From the NCBI GenBank assembly GCA_963806225.1, contig CAWDXG010000004.1, positions 4,288,001 through 4,352,000 on the forward strand: a stretch of 64,000 nt of DNA, written 5' to 3'. The DNA is from an uncultured delta proteobacterium. Its GTDB lineage: Bacteria; Myxococcota_A; Polyangia; Polyangiales; Polyangiaceae. Under the pieces are notes generated by a model. It ran no database searches. It saw only the letters and a program-made list of their open reading frames with translations, and was not told the origin of the DNA. Below, in pieces: positions 10,169-20,511 of the stretch. Position 1 is the stretch's first letter. Each line of letters opens with the position of its first letter. The translations under genes were made by a program, and so were the position numbers.

Positions 10169-11545
10169 GTGGCTGCGAATCGCGATTCGGATGAAGCCAA
10201 CTGCGACACCATCGACGCACGGACGCCGCCGGATCGCGTCGACATCTTGATTCCGGGTAAGCGCCTTGGCCGATATTCAATCAAGCGCCTGATCGGCGAG
10301 GGCGGCATGGGCGCCGTCTACGAGGCTACCCATCGCGACCTCGGCAAGCGCGTCGCGCTCAAGACGCTGCATCGCCGCATTGCCGGCGCGCCGGAAGTGA
10401 GAGCGCGCTTCATGCGCGAGGGTCAGGCCGCCGCGCGGATTCACCACGACAACGTCGTGGACGTCTCCGATGTGGGCGTCGAAGGCGACATCCCCTATCT
10501 GGTGATGGAGTACCTCGAGGGCGAGAGTCTGGCCGCGGCGATCGAACGCGAAACCCGGCTGCCCGTCGAGAAGATCGCCGGGATCATGGTGCCTGTCGCC
10601 GCGGCTCTCGTGGTGGCACATGCCGAGGGCGTGATCCATCGCGATCTGAAGCCCGAGAACGTATTTCTGTGCCGGGACAGGAGCGGCACCAAGCCCAAGG
10701 TCGTGGACTTCGGCATCTCGAAGATGGTGGAGAGCGAAGGGCGAGCGGCACTGACGAGCACGTCGGCGATGCTGGGCACGCCGTTCTACATGTCACCGGA
10801 GCAGGCGCAGGACGCGCGGAACATCGATGCGCGCACGGATCAGTACTCCTTCGGAGTGATTCTGTACGAGGCCGCCACCGGCCAGCGCCCTTTCAACGAC
10901 GAATCCCTCTACAGTCTGCTCAGCAGCATCGTCCAAGGGCAGTTCAAGCCTCCGCTCGGGGTCGTTCCGGAGCTGCCGGAAGCGTTCGACGCGCTGGTGC
11001 GGCGCGCGATGGCCCGCGACCCCGCGGATCGCTTCCCGGACATGGCGGCCCTGGGCGCCGCGCTGCTCGAGTTCGCCGACGAGCGCACGCACATCCTGTT
11101 TTCGCACGCTTTCGACGGAGCACCGGCACCGTCGAAAGCGCCCCCCGCGAAGGTATCTGCGGCGACGCCGCTCCAGGCGTCGTACGCCGGCGCGAGCTCC
11201 ACCGTGACCAGCGAGCTGCGCAAGCCGTCCTCGCGGATGATGCCCCTCGTCGCCGGCGTCGCGATCGTCATCCTCGGCGGCGCGACTGTGTTTGCCATGC
11301 GAGGCAACCACGCGCCGGCGGCCGCCGCGTCCGTCGCGCCTGCACCCGAGCCCGCCGCGCCGCTGGTCGTGTCCGCGACCGCGCCAGCGAGCAGCATACC
11401 CGCCGCTCCAAGCGCGAGCGTGGTGCCGGTGGTGAGCGTCGCGCCCGTCGCCAGCGCAGCGCCCGTCGCCAGCGTCGCGCCGAAGCCCAAGCGCGTCCCG
11501 CATCCGATCACCCATCCCGTCGCTCCCAAACTCGCTCCTCGATGA
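10169..11545 (+). CDS. Membrane Ser/Thr protein kinase
   Basis: GEGGMGAV, VALK, HRDLKPEN, DFG, YMSPEQ; TM helix and Pro/Ala tail. Confidence 0.95.
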   Translation: MAANRDSDEANCDTIDARTPPDRVDILIPGKRLGRYSIKRLIGEGGMGAVYEATHRDLGKRVALKTLHRRIAGAPEVRARFMREGQAAARIHHDNVVDVSDVGVEGDIPYLVMEYLEGESLAAAIERETRLPVEKIAGIMVPVAAALVVAHAEGVIHRDLKPENVFLCRDRSGTKPKVVDFGISKMVESEGRAALTSTSAMLGTPFYMSPEQAQDARNIDARTDQYSFGVILYEAATGQRPFNDESLYSLLSSIVQGQFKPPLGVVPELPEAFDALVRRAMARDPADRFPDMAALGAALLEFADERTHILFSHAFDGAPAPSKAPPAKVSAATPLQASYAGASSTVTSELRKPSSRMMPLVAGVAIVILGGATVFAMRGNHAPAAAASVAPAPEPAAPLVVSATAPASSIPAAPSASVVPVVSVAPVASAAPVASVAPKPKRVPHPITHPVAPKLAPR

Positions 11546-12828
11546 ATCGCTCCGTTGTCCGGTTGGCCAGCGCCCTGGCCGTCCTTGGTCTCGCCGGCCA
11601 TGCTCGCGCCGACGCCGCCGCCCAGGCGCGCTTCCACGACGACCTCGCCCGCAAGGCCTACGAGCACGCGCACGATCGGCAAGCGCTCGAGGAGTTCTTC
11701 CTCGAGCAGCGTCTCGCCCCGAACCCGCACACCACGTTCAACATCGCGCTGTGCTTCGAGCAACTCAAGCGGAGCGAGGACGCCTACCAGTCCTTCGGCG
11801 AGTACCTCGCTTCCGACGACAAGGACGCCGGCCGTCGCGACTATGCAACCAAGGCGCTGAGCCGGCTGGAGCAGAAGGTCGCCCGCGTGAACGTCACCAG
11901 CGACCCGCCGGGCGCTCGCATCTACGTGGACGAACGCGAGTTCGGCGACTACGGCACGACGCCGCGCGCGATCGCCATCGCGCCCGGCAAGCACAAGGTC
12001 TGGGTCGAGCGCGCCGGCTACCACAAGGCCGGGCGCACCATCAACGTCAAGGCGGGCAAGCTCGTGCAGGCGAAGCTCGCTCCGGTGCGCATCACCGGAA
12101 AGCTCCATGTGGAAGCGCCGGTTGCGGCTGCGGTCGACGTGACGACCCCCGACGGCGTCGTCGTTGCCACCGGCAAGACGCCCTTCGACGCCACATTGTC
12201 GCCAGGCGCATACCAGGTCGTGGTTCGCGCCAAGGGCTACCAGCCCGCGAAGAGCGTCGCGTCGGTGAGCGAGGGCAAGACCACGACGCGCACTGCGGCC
12301 CTCAGCAGATTGCCCGCGGCCACCGGTGACGTGACCGTCACGTCGAACGTTGCCGGCGCGATCGTTACTCTCGACGGCCAACGTGCGGGCTTCACCCCCA
12401 CGGTGCTTCCGCGCCTCGGCACCGGCACGCACCAGTTGCACGTCGAAGGCCAAGGGCTCCTGCCCTGGACCGGCGTGGTCCCGGTGCACGAAGACGAGCG
12501 GTCGTGGGTCACCGTCAGCCTCGAGAGCCCGGCGAGGACCACGCGTTCACCGGTCACCTGGGTCACCGGCGGTGTCGGCGTCGCACTCCTCGTCGCGGGC
12601 GGCGTGGTTGGCGCCATGGCGATCTCGAACCACAACGACTTCGAGAACGCGCCTTCCGGCACCGACCGCACCACGTTGGTGGACCGCGGCCACTCCCTGA
12701 ACACCGCCACCACCGTGCTGCTCGTGGGCGGCGTGGCCGTCACCGGCGCCGCGACCGCGCTGTACTTCCTGACCGCCCACAACGAGGAGCGTCCGTCGTC
12801 GGCCACGGTATCACGAGGGGCGCGATGA
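11542..12828 (+). CDS. TPR + PEGA domain protein
   Basis: Signal peptide, FNIALCFEQL TPR-like helix, VTSDPPGARIYVD PEGA repeats; ATGA overlap with kinase. Confidence 0.88.
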   Translation: MNRSVVRLASALAVLGLAGHARADAAAQARFHDDLARKAYEHAHDRQALEEFFLEQRLAPNPHTTFNIALCFEQLKRSEDAYQSFGEYLASDDKDAGRRDYATKALSRLEQKVARVNVTSDPPGARIYVDEREFGDYGTTPRAIAIAPGKHKVWVERAGYHKAGRTINVKAGKLVQAKLAPVRITGKLHVEAPVAAAVDVTTPDGVVVATGKTPFDATLSPGAYQVVVRAKGYQPAKSVASVSEGKTTTRTAALSRLPAATGDVTVTSNVAGAIVTLDGQRAGFTPTVLPRLGTGTHQLHVEGQGLLPWTGVVPVHEDERSWVTVSLESPARTTRSPVTWVTGGVGVALLVAGGVVGAMAISNHNDFENAPSGTDRTTLVDRGHSLNTATTVLLVGGVAVTGAATALYFLTAHNEERPSSATVSRGAR

Positions 12829-13823
12829 GTCGGCGCACGCGCGTGTGGTTGTTGGTTTGTTGGCTCGGCGCGCTGGCCGCGCGGACGGCCCACGCGGACA
12901 CGGCCGTCGAGACGCGCTTCTTCGACTCCATGGCGCGTCAGGCCTACGCGAAGGGGCACTATCGCGAGGCGCTCCACGCCTTCCTCCAGGCAAACGCCGT
13001 CACTCCGAGCCCGCGCGCCCTGTACAACATCGCGCTGTGCGCCCAGCTCGCCCACGAGCCCGCGCTCGCCTTCGCCTACTTCGACGAGTACCTGCGCGGC
13101 ACCGACACCGACCCGGCCCGGCGCAGCGACGCCGCGCAGCGCCTCCACGCCCTCGAAGCCAAGCTGGCGGTCGTGCGCGTGGAGAGCGACCCGCCCGGCG
13201 CGACTATCGTCGTCGATCGCGCCGAGCTCGGCAGCTTCGGACAGACGCCGCGCCGCATCGTGGTCGACCCGGGCGACCACACCATCATCGTGAAGCGCGC
13301 CGGCTACGCGGACCAGTCGCAGCAGGTCACGGCGAAGATCGGCACGAGCGCGACCGTCGAGCTTGCGATGAAGCCGATTCTCGGTTCCCTGTCGCTGGAC
13401 ATCGAACCGCCCGGCGCGACCGTCCACGCCACCCGCAACGGCGAGCAGGTCGCGCTCCCCGACCACGGACGCGTCAACGTCCCGGTCGGTCGCTACCACG
13501 TCCGTGTCACCGCGCCGGGCCACGCCCCCGTGGACGGCGATGTCACTGTTCGGCATGGCGCGACCAGCCAGCTGGCCCTCGCCGCGCCCGCGCTCCCCGT
13601 CCCCACCGGACGCCTTGTCGTCGGCACATCGGGCGTCGCCGCGCGCGTGCTCGTGGACGGCCGCGCGAAGGCCGTCACACCCGCGACCCTCGACGCCATC
13701 GCGGTCGGCGAGCATCGTGTCTGGCTCGCAGCGACGGGCTACTACGACTGGCGCGGTACAATCCGCGTGGAAAAGGGCAAGACCGCCTTCGTCAACGTCA
13801 CCCTGCGAAAGCTCCGGCCATGA
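12825..13823 (+). CDS. TPR + PEGA domain protein, paralogue of the previous gene
   Basis: YNIALCA, VESDPPGATIVVD; ATGA overlap. Confidence 0.88.
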   Translation: MSRRTRVWLLVCWLGALAARTAHADTAVETRFFDSMARQAYAKGHYREALHAFLQANAVTPSPRALYNIALCAQLAHEPALAFAYFDEYLRGTDTDPARRSDAAQRLHALEAKLAVVRVESDPPGATIVVDRAELGSFGQTPRRIVVDPGDHTIIVKRAGYADQSQQVTAKIGTSATVELAMKPILGSLSLDIEPPGATVHATRNGEQVALPDHGRVNVPVGRYHVRVTAPGHAPVDGDVTVRHGATSQLALAAPALPVPTGRLVVGTSGVAARVLVDGRAKAVTPATLDAIAVGEHRVWLAATGYYDWRGTIRVEKGKTAFVNVTLRKLRP

Positions 13824-15544
13824 GGATACCGCGCCGGACCGGCATCCTGCTCTTGCCCCTGCTGCTCGCGGGCTGCGGCTCGATCCTCGACTATCCGACG
13901 CCTGTTGCGGAGGTATGCAACAACGGCGTGGACGACGATCTGGACGGCAAGATCGACTGCGCCGATCCGGATTGCGACGGGCAGTCCGAGTGTCAGGAAG
14001 ACTGTACGAACGGCGTGGACGACGACCTGGATGGCAAGATCGACTGCGCGGACCCGGATTGCGACGGCCAATGCGACGAACAAGGCGAACTCTGCTTCGA
14101 CGGGCGCGACAACGACGGCGACGGGCTCGTCGACGCCGACGACGCGGGGTGCTGGAGCACGCGCGACGACGTGACGTTGGAGCGCTGCGCGACCGTGCCG
14201 GGGACGGACGCGCAGATCGGGGCAACGGCGGGGGTGGATTGGTACGTCATCGACCCGGAGACGAAACTTATCCAATGGACGCTTGCCGACGGCACGTCTG
14301 CACTCTCCACCAACGCAGTCAACCAAGAGGACCAAGTAGAATCCAGCGTCGTGGCGACGGGGCAACTAGCCAGTACGATCGTCCACGTGCGCCTTTATGA
14401 CTCGTGCTCCGGCGGGAGCTGGCAGTTCTTGAAGCTCGCCGCTGACAATGCCGCGACCCCGGTCATTGTAGAGGTGTCGGACAAGTCCGTTTATCTCGAC
14501 GCTGATCTAGGCAACGAGTACCCTCAACCATTTGTCGGGTGTCCAACGACATTCGATCTCGCATTGGTGTTCGGCGATGACGGTACCACCGTCGCCGTTT
14601 CTATCGATGGTCGCCCGGTCTCGGTTGTGCCTCTGGTCGGCTGGAACGCGTCCACATCTTTCCGCTTGCGTTGGGCGGACCTTTCCTATCCACCGACAGC
14701 GAGTGGGATCGTTTCCGCTTCGGTATCCCGCCCTGACTTCCAACGCTGCGGCGAATGGACACCCTCGTCCGGGCTTAGCGCGGAGACGAACGCGTTGGCC
14801 TGGCTGCCTGATGGGGACATCTGCGCCGCAATGGGAGACCGCACGCTGGTTGCACACCCTGCCGCGAATGGCGCGCACACCGAGTGGGCCTCAGCAGGGT
14901 CGAGCAGCGACGGAGCGTGGATCACTGCATTGGCGTGGGATCCGGTCGCGAGTCGCTTGCGCGGCGTGGTTCAGTCCGCGTGCGGTGATACCCAGCCTCA
15001 CCAGTGTGGTACCCCGCGTCTGGTAAGTGCACCGGACTGCTATGGGCCGTGGCGCGACGACGGAGCAATGTTCCCGGACCCAAAGTCCCTGGGAGAAGCG
15101 GTGGGCTACGGCATTTCGACGCGGAGTCCGACCGGCGGGCGACATGAGGTTGTGTTTGATAATGTGGGTTTGCTGCACGTCGCGTCTTCTTCGGATGGCT
15201 CACCGGGAAGTTTCAGTCTCACTTCTACCGCCACAGCCACAGCCACCGCGCTTCGCATGACCCGGGTCGGCAACGACTGGCTTTCTTGTGGCATAGCTGG
15301 CGACGGCGTCTCGCTCCAGCTGGGTCTGTTCGGAGCTGCGTCAGCGCTCGCCCAACTGCCTCCAAGCGGAGAGCGCGGCGCATTTGACGAGTTTGGGTAT
15401 GATCAAGGGTACGGCACACCCTGCGCGTTCGATCCGACGGACCTGCATCGCGGATTGGCTTACGCGAGCGGAGTGACGCCACTGGGGGAGTCGAACCTTC
15501 ACGGCTACGGCCCCATCCGCATCCACGTCACACCGCGGCAGTGA
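13820..15544 (+). CDS. Lipoprotein with three Cys/Asp-rich putative metal-binding repeats and an unknown C-terminal region
   Basis: LAGC lipobox; C-x-NGVDDDLDGKIDCADPDC twice plus CFDGRDNDGDG. Confidence 0.8.
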   Translation: MRIPRRTGILLLPLLLAGCGSILDYPTPVAEVCNNGVDDDLDGKIDCADPDCDGQSECQEDCTNGVDDDLDGKIDCADPDCDGQCDEQGELCFDGRDNDGDGLVDADDAGCWSTRDDVTLERCATVPGTDAQIGATAGVDWYVIDPETKLIQWTLADGTSALSTNAVNQEDQVESSVVATGQLASTIVHVRLYDSCSGGSWQFLKLAADNAATPVIVEVSDKSVYLDADLGNEYPQPFVGCPTTFDLALVFGDDGTTVAVSIDGRPVSVVPLVGWNASTSFRLRWADLSYPPTASGIVSASVSRPDFQRCGEWTPSSGLSAETNALAWLPDGDICAAMGDRTLVAHPAANGAHTEWASAGSSSDGAWITALAWDPVASRLRGVVQSACGDTQPHQCGTPRLVSAPDCYGPWRDDGAMFPDPKSLGEAVGYGISTRSPTGGRHEVVFDNVGLLHVASSSDGSPGSFSLTSTATATATALRMTRVGNDWLSCGIAGDGVSLQLGLFGAASALAQLPPSGERGAFDEFGYDQGYGTPCAFDPTDLHRGLAYASGVTPLGESNLHGYGPIRIHVTPRQ

Positions 15545-15714
15545 TGCGCGCCCAGCTCGCCCTCGTCGTCGCTTCGCTTGCACTCACCGCGCGCGGCGCC
15601 GTAAGGCCAGGCATTCCAACCGCACCGCCGAAGTGTACGCCGAGCGGCCCACGCGAGACAGTGGAGTCCGGGTCGGCGGCAGGGATCCGCGCGGACAAGC
15701 TGGTGGAAGGGCGT
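15541..15714 (+). pseudogene. 5' fragment of a secreted protein gene cut by the ori end
   Basis: Start overlaps the previous stop; signal-like N-terminus; runs into ori at 15715. Confidence 0.45.
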
Positions 15715-16672
15715 GCGCGTAGGTAACATGAGCGTCCTGCCCGCGACGCCAGGGCGCGCAGGCTCCGGGCGGCAAGGGAGCAGGTGCGGTTGCCAGGGCG
15801 GATAGGAAGGCTGCGGCGTGGCCATTCGGCGCTCGGTCGGGCCTGCGTCGCGGCGGGTAGCGCGCTCGAGGCGCACCGGTGCGCCGGCGACGGCGCGTTC
15901 AGTGCGCGTCGAACAGCTCCGCCTGCACGGGCTCACCGAGCCTTCGGCGGATGACGCGGCTCGAAAAGAACGGCGGCCCCCGCGCGGGCGCGAGCGCGGG
16001 CGGCTCGCTGGCCTCGCCGAGCCAGCGGAGGTAGCGGCGGATGCCGGCGGCGGTGATGACCAGAGCGCGCAATTTCATGCGTCCGCCGCACTTGTTGCAG
16101 AGCTCGACCTCGATGCGGAAGGAGCGCTTCAAGAGCTCCGCCCACGGGCGATAACCCGAGCGGTGGGTGGCCGGCTTGGCCTTCCTGGCGGTGCACCTCG
16201 CGCACTCGTCGTCGCTGCCTGTTTCCGGTGGCAGCGGCGGCACGATGCGCGCGCGCCACTTGCTCGCCGCCGCGAGCACGCCGGCGTATCTCACCGTGTT
16301 GAAGCGCGGGGGCGGCACCGCCGTCGCGAGCCGGCAGAGGAGCGAGAGCGGATCGAGATCGATGGCGAATGTCCCGTCGCTGAACGGCCGCTTCAGCACC
16401 AGGCGGACGAGGTCGCCCTCGACGAGCTGCACGCGCTCGGCGGCGATCGGCGGGCGGAGGATGTAGCGGCAGAGGGCTTCCTTTCCCGCGACGTCGCTGG
16501 CGCTCGCGGTAGTGGCGGCATGGAGCGAGAAGCCGCCCTCCACGGCGCACAGACCCTTGGTGACTTCCAGGCCGCGGTCGTCGCGCAGCCGGACGGGCTC
16601 GCGGCGGCGCAGCGCGGGTCCTGCCGGCACGCTGCCGAGCGTCGAGGCGACGGCGAGCTCTGCCAGCGCGGG
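15715..16672 (-). mobile_element. ISCR-like element A1: ori end plus 3' half of transposase (15899-16672)
   Basis: FSLHA, KEALCRYILRPP, VRYAGVLA motifs; 184-bp ori region identical to 41267-41450. Confidence 0.92.
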
Positions 16673-16674
16673 CC

Positions 16675-16902
16675 ATGAGCTATCGCAAGCAAGGACAGCA
16701 GCTGTTTACCGCTATCGCAGCGCTGATCGGCATCCTGGTCATCATCCAGCTGTGGCTTCTCGCCACCTCGCTCGACGCGGTGCTCGGCGGCGACTCTGGC
16801 ATTGCTGCGGCCGCCGCCGTCGCATCGCTGGTGCTGGTCGGTGTCAACGGGGCGCTCTTGCTCTATGTGCGCGGCTTCGACAAGCGGCTCGGATCGCACT
16901 GA
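16675..16902 (+). CDS. Small two-TM membrane protein (DUF6755-like)
   Basis: IQLWLL..SLDA.LGG motif; ATG about 2 nt from the transposase junction. Confidence 0.7.
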   Translation: MSYRKQGQQLFTAIAALIGILVIIQLWLLATSLDAVLGGDSGIAAAAAVASLVLVGVNGALLLYVRGFDKRLGSH

Positions 16903-17066
16903 CGCGCGACGCTCCCGCAAGCCCCGGCGAGGTTGTCGCCGAGGATTGCGGCGTGGACCTACCCCGGCACGGGAACGATTCAGATGCCATGACATCGATC
17001 AATTCATGTCGACGCGGAGAGGCATAAGGTTCCGCTACGTAACGGCTGCTCGGTATCAGTACTCTC

Positions 17067-18410
17067 ATGCCTCCGCGAACTTCGAATGGGGCCCGGACTG
17101 CCATCTCCGGCTGGGGCGGGCGACCGGTCCTGGCGCGCGAGCTCCGGACGGAGCGGCTGGATAGGGCCACCGCCAACGTGCCGCTCTCGCGCGGCCTTGG
17201 CCGTTCCTATGGGGATTCGTCGCTTCCGCCTCCGTCTTCGCCGATCGTGCTGAAGAGCACATTCGCGGACAGGATTCTGGCCTTCGATCCAGCGAACGGC
17301 CTGCTGCGCGCTGAAGCTGGCGTCACGCTGCAGCGACTCTACCAGGTGCTGCTTCGCCGCGGCTGGTTCACGCCTGTCTCGCCAGGCACCTGGAACGTCA
17401 CGCTCGGCGGCATGGTGGCGGCGGACGTGCACGGCAAGAATCACCACCGGCAAGGCACCTTCGGCGAGCACGTGGTCAGCCTGCGGATGGCTCTGGCGAG
17501 CGGGGAGCTCGTCGAGTGCTCACGAGAAACACATCCAGACCTCTTCCGCGCAACCCTCGGCGGTATGGGCTTGACCGGTCACATCCTCGAAGTGGAGGTC
17601 CAGCTCGAGAAGGTCCCCTCACCGTGGATCTACGCGGAAAGCCGGTGCATCCCCGACCTGCGGACGTTCCTCGAAGAGCTGGAGCGCTCGGCCCGGAGTT
17701 GGCCCTTCACGGTCGGTTGGTTGGACTGCCTGGCGGGCGGGCCCCATCTCGGGCGTGGAGTGCTCTTCCGCGGCAGATGGGCGCTACCAGAGGAGGCACC
17801 CCCGGAATTTCCAGAGCCGTACCGCCGGCCGTCCATGCCCTTCAGCGCCCCATCCTTCTTGATGAGCCGACCCGCGGTCGCCACGTTCAACCGCTTCTAC
17901 TACTACGCACACTCTGGTCGTCGCCAAGCTGGCATCGTCCATCCGCAATCTTTCTTCTACCCGCTCGACGCGGTCGGCCACTGGAATCGACTCTACGGGC
18001 GGCGCGGTGTGACCCAGTACCAATGCGTTCTGCCGCGCGCGGCCGGTAGCGAAGCCGTGGAGCGTTTGCTCGAGATTCTGACCGAGCGCGGTGGGGCCTC
18101 GTTCCTGGCGGTCATCAAGGACTGCGGCGACGAAGGGCTCGGCATGCTCTCGTTTCCGCTACGGGGGACATCCATCGCGCTCGACCTGCCGATCCGCAGC
18201 ACAACGTCCGGGCTGATCGACGCGTTGAACCAGCAGGTGACGGCAGACGGCGGCCGCATCTATCTGGCCAAGGACGCCTTCAGCCGGCCGTCGCATTTCC
18301 AGCGCATGGAGCGGAGGCTGGATGGTTGGCTCGAGATCCGCGATCGGTATGACCCACAGCGCCGTCTGCGCAGCGCACAGTCGGTTCGACTGTTTGGAGA
18401 CCCAGCATGA
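17067..18410 (+). CDS. FAD-binding oxidoreductase, DprE1-like
   Basis: RGLGRSYGD, VSPGT..VTLGG, DVHGKNHH, GRIYLAKD. Confidence 0.9.
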   Translation: MPPRTSNGARTAISGWGGRPVLARELRTERLDRATANVPLSRGLGRSYGDSSLPPPSSPIVLKSTFADRILAFDPANGLLRAEAGVTLQRLYQVLLRRGWFTPVSPGTWNVTLGGMVAADVHGKNHHRQGTFGEHVVSLRMALASGELVECSRETHPDLFRATLGGMGLTGHILEVEVQLEKVPSPWIYAESRCIPDLRTFLEELERSARSWPFTVGWLDCLAGGPHLGRGVLFRGRWALPEEAPPEFPEPYRRPSMPFSAPSFLMSRPAVATFNRFYYYAHSGRRQAGIVHPQSFFYPLDAVGHWNRLYGRRGVTQYQCVLPRAAGSEAVERLLEILTERGGASFLAVIKDCGDEGLGMLSFPLRGTSIALDLPIRSTTSGLIDALNQQVTADGGRIYLAKDAFSRPSHFQRMERRLDGWLEIRDRYDPQRRLRSAQSVRLFGDPA

Positions 18411-19144
18411 GAGTCGCATTTCTCGGAGCCACCAGAGGCATGGGACGCGCGTTGGCGCGGAAGATGGCGGCGCGCGGCGATGCGCTGGCGCTGCTTGGTC
18501 GCGACGAGCAGGAACTGGAGCGCAGCGCCGCGGATCTGGAGACGCTGAATCCCGGCGTACAGGTCGGCACCTTCCGGTGCGATCTGGAGCGGTTCGACAC
18601 ATTTGCTCCGGCGCTGGACTATGCTGAACACGAGCTCGGAGCACTCGACGCGGTCGTGGTCACCGCAGGCATGTTCGCGACTCAGCAGGCGCTGGAGGAG
18701 GACCCCGAGCTCACTGCCCGGCTGTTGGACGTGGATTTTCGCGCGACCGTGCTGTTCTGCGAAGAAGCTCGCCACCGGCTACTGGCGCGGGGAGGGGGCA
18801 CATTGTGCGTGTTCGGATCGGTTGCCGGCGACCGCGGGCGGCGGCCCGTGGGACTATACGGCGCTGCGAAGGCTGGCCTCGCGTGCTATCTCGAAGCGCT
18901 CGATCACAGGTATCGAAGGGAGGGTCTCCAGGTCGTCTGCGTCAAGCCCGGCTTCGTCAAGACGAGCATGACCGATGGGCTACGCGTACCGCCGTTTGCC
19001 GGTGAGCCGGATCGGGTCGCTGTAGACGTGCTGAGAGCGATCGATCGAGGTACGCCGGTCATCTACACTCCGGCTGCCTGGCGTTGGATCCTTGGTTCCA
19101 TCCGCCTGATGCCAAGAGCGGTCATGCGGCGCGTCGACATCTAG
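18407..19144 (+). CDS. SDR oxidoreductase, DprE2-like
   Basis: GATRGMG, SVAGDRGR, YGAAK; coupled to the DprE1-like gene. Confidence 0.88.
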   Translation: MRVAFLGATRGMGRALARKMAARGDALALLGRDEQELERSAADLETLNPGVQVGTFRCDLERFDTFAPALDYAEHELGALDAVVVTAGMFATQQALEEDPELTARLLDVDFRATVLFCEEARHRLLARGGGTLCVFGSVAGDRGRRPVGLYGAAKAGLACYLEALDHRYRREGLQVVCVKPGFVKTSMTDGLRVPPFAGEPDRVAVDVLRAIDRGTPVIYTPAAWRWILGSIRLMPRAVMRRVDI

Positions 19145-19184
19145 ACGAGAGGGACCGCTTCTGCCCATCTTGTAGAGCGCGATG

Positions 19185-19682
19185 ATGCGAATCACGGACT
19201 ATCTCGTCGACGACCACCGGCGCCTGCATGCTCTGCTCGACAAGGCGGACTCGGAGCCCTTCGACGCCGAAGCGTACGCTGCGTTCCGCGGCGGGCTGCT
19301 GCGCCATATCGGGATCGAGGAGAAGATCCTCTTCCCGGCGGTGAAGCGCCGCCTGGGCCAGCCGCTCGAACGCGCTGCCCGCCTGCGCGTGGAGCACGCT
19401 GCGCTCACGTCGCTGATGGTGCCGTCCCCGGACCGCGCGCTGTGCACCGAGATCCGCGGTCTGCTCACGCGACACGACGCACAGGAAGAGGGGCCGGACG
19501 GCGTGTACGCCGAATGCGAGGCAGCGCTCGTCGACGAGAGCGCAGCGCTCTGCGCGCGTGCTCGTGACCAGAAACAGGTGCCCGTGTCGCGCTACTACGA
19601 CGGACCCGAGGCGCACCGGACCGCCGCCTCTGCGCTGGCGAGCGCGGAGAAGATCGCGGCGGCGCGGAAGCTCCGCCGATAG
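19185..19682 (+). CDS. Hemerythrin-like (HHE) domain protein
   Basis: DHRRL, HIGIEEKILFP, EH, HDAQEE. Confidence 0.85.
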   Translation: MRITDYLVDDHRRLHALLDKADSEPFDAEAYAAFRGGLLRHIGIEEKILFPAVKRRLGQPLERAARLRVEHAALTSLMVPSPDRALCTEIRGLLTRHDAQEEGPDGVYAECEAALVDESAALCARARDQKQVPVSRYYDGPEAHRTAASALASAEKIAAARKLRR

Positions 19683-20006
19683 GCTCGGGCGTCGCTCATC
19701 ATCGCTCGCGCGGCAGCAGCAGATCCTCGAGGAACAACGCCGTCAGCTCGGCCCGACCGGCTAGCCCGTCCTTCCGGTACACGGCCCGCGCTTGTGCGCC
19801 GTGGCTTCGCTCATCGAGCGCACCTCGGCGCGGCGAGCACGGCCACCGCCGCAAACGCCGCGAGCACCGACCAGGATCCGTCCCTCGGATGTGAGCCGTT
19901 GGGATTCCAAGCGCCTGGAATGCTTGCATATCACGTTTGGTGGATGGCTCGACCAGCGCCCGGCACCCACGTTCCAGGCGTTTCCCGAACCCGGAGGTAG
20001 CCCGAA

Positions 20007-20507
20007 ATGGAAGCTCTTCTGTTCCACCCGAAACTGGTCCATGTGCCGATGGCGCTGGCCGTCTTGATGCCGGTTCTTGCAGGCGGCTTGCTGCTCGCTT
20101 GGTGGCGTGGCTGGCTACCGGGCCGGACCTGGATCATCGCCGTCGTGCTCCAGGCCGTGTTGGTCGGCTCGGGCCTGCTGGCCATGAGGAGTGGCGAAGC
20201 GCAGGAACCGCGCGTCGAGAAGGTGGTGGCCGAGCGCGCCATCGAGCAGCACGAGGAAGCAGCGGAGGTGTTCATGTGGGCGAGCGGCGCCGTGCTCGCT
20301 CTGATGGCGCTCGGTGCTGGCCTCGCATCCCGCCGACCGGGCCGCCCGCTCGCCGCGGCAGCGACCCTGGGCACTGTCGCCGTGCTCGGGCTGGGCTATC
20401 GCACAGGGCAGGCGGGCGGCAGCCTCGTGTACGAGCACGGGGCTGCGCAGGCCTACACCCATCCGGTCGCGGCTGCTCCCGCAGCAGTCGGCGATGACGA
20501 CGACTGA
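20007..20507 (+). CDS. DUF2231-like membrane protein
   Basis: HPKLVHVP, HEEAA, GGSLVYEHG; GGAGG RBS. Confidence 0.8.
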   Translation: MEALLFHPKLVHVPMALAVLMPVLAGGLLLAWWRGWLPGRTWIIAVVLQAVLVGSGLLAMRSGEAQEPRVEKVVAERAIEQHEEAAEVFMWASGAVLALMALGAGLASRRPGRPLAAAATLGTVAVLGLGYRTGQAGGSLVYEHGAAQAYTHPVAAAPAAVGDDDD

Positions 20508-20511
20508 ACGG

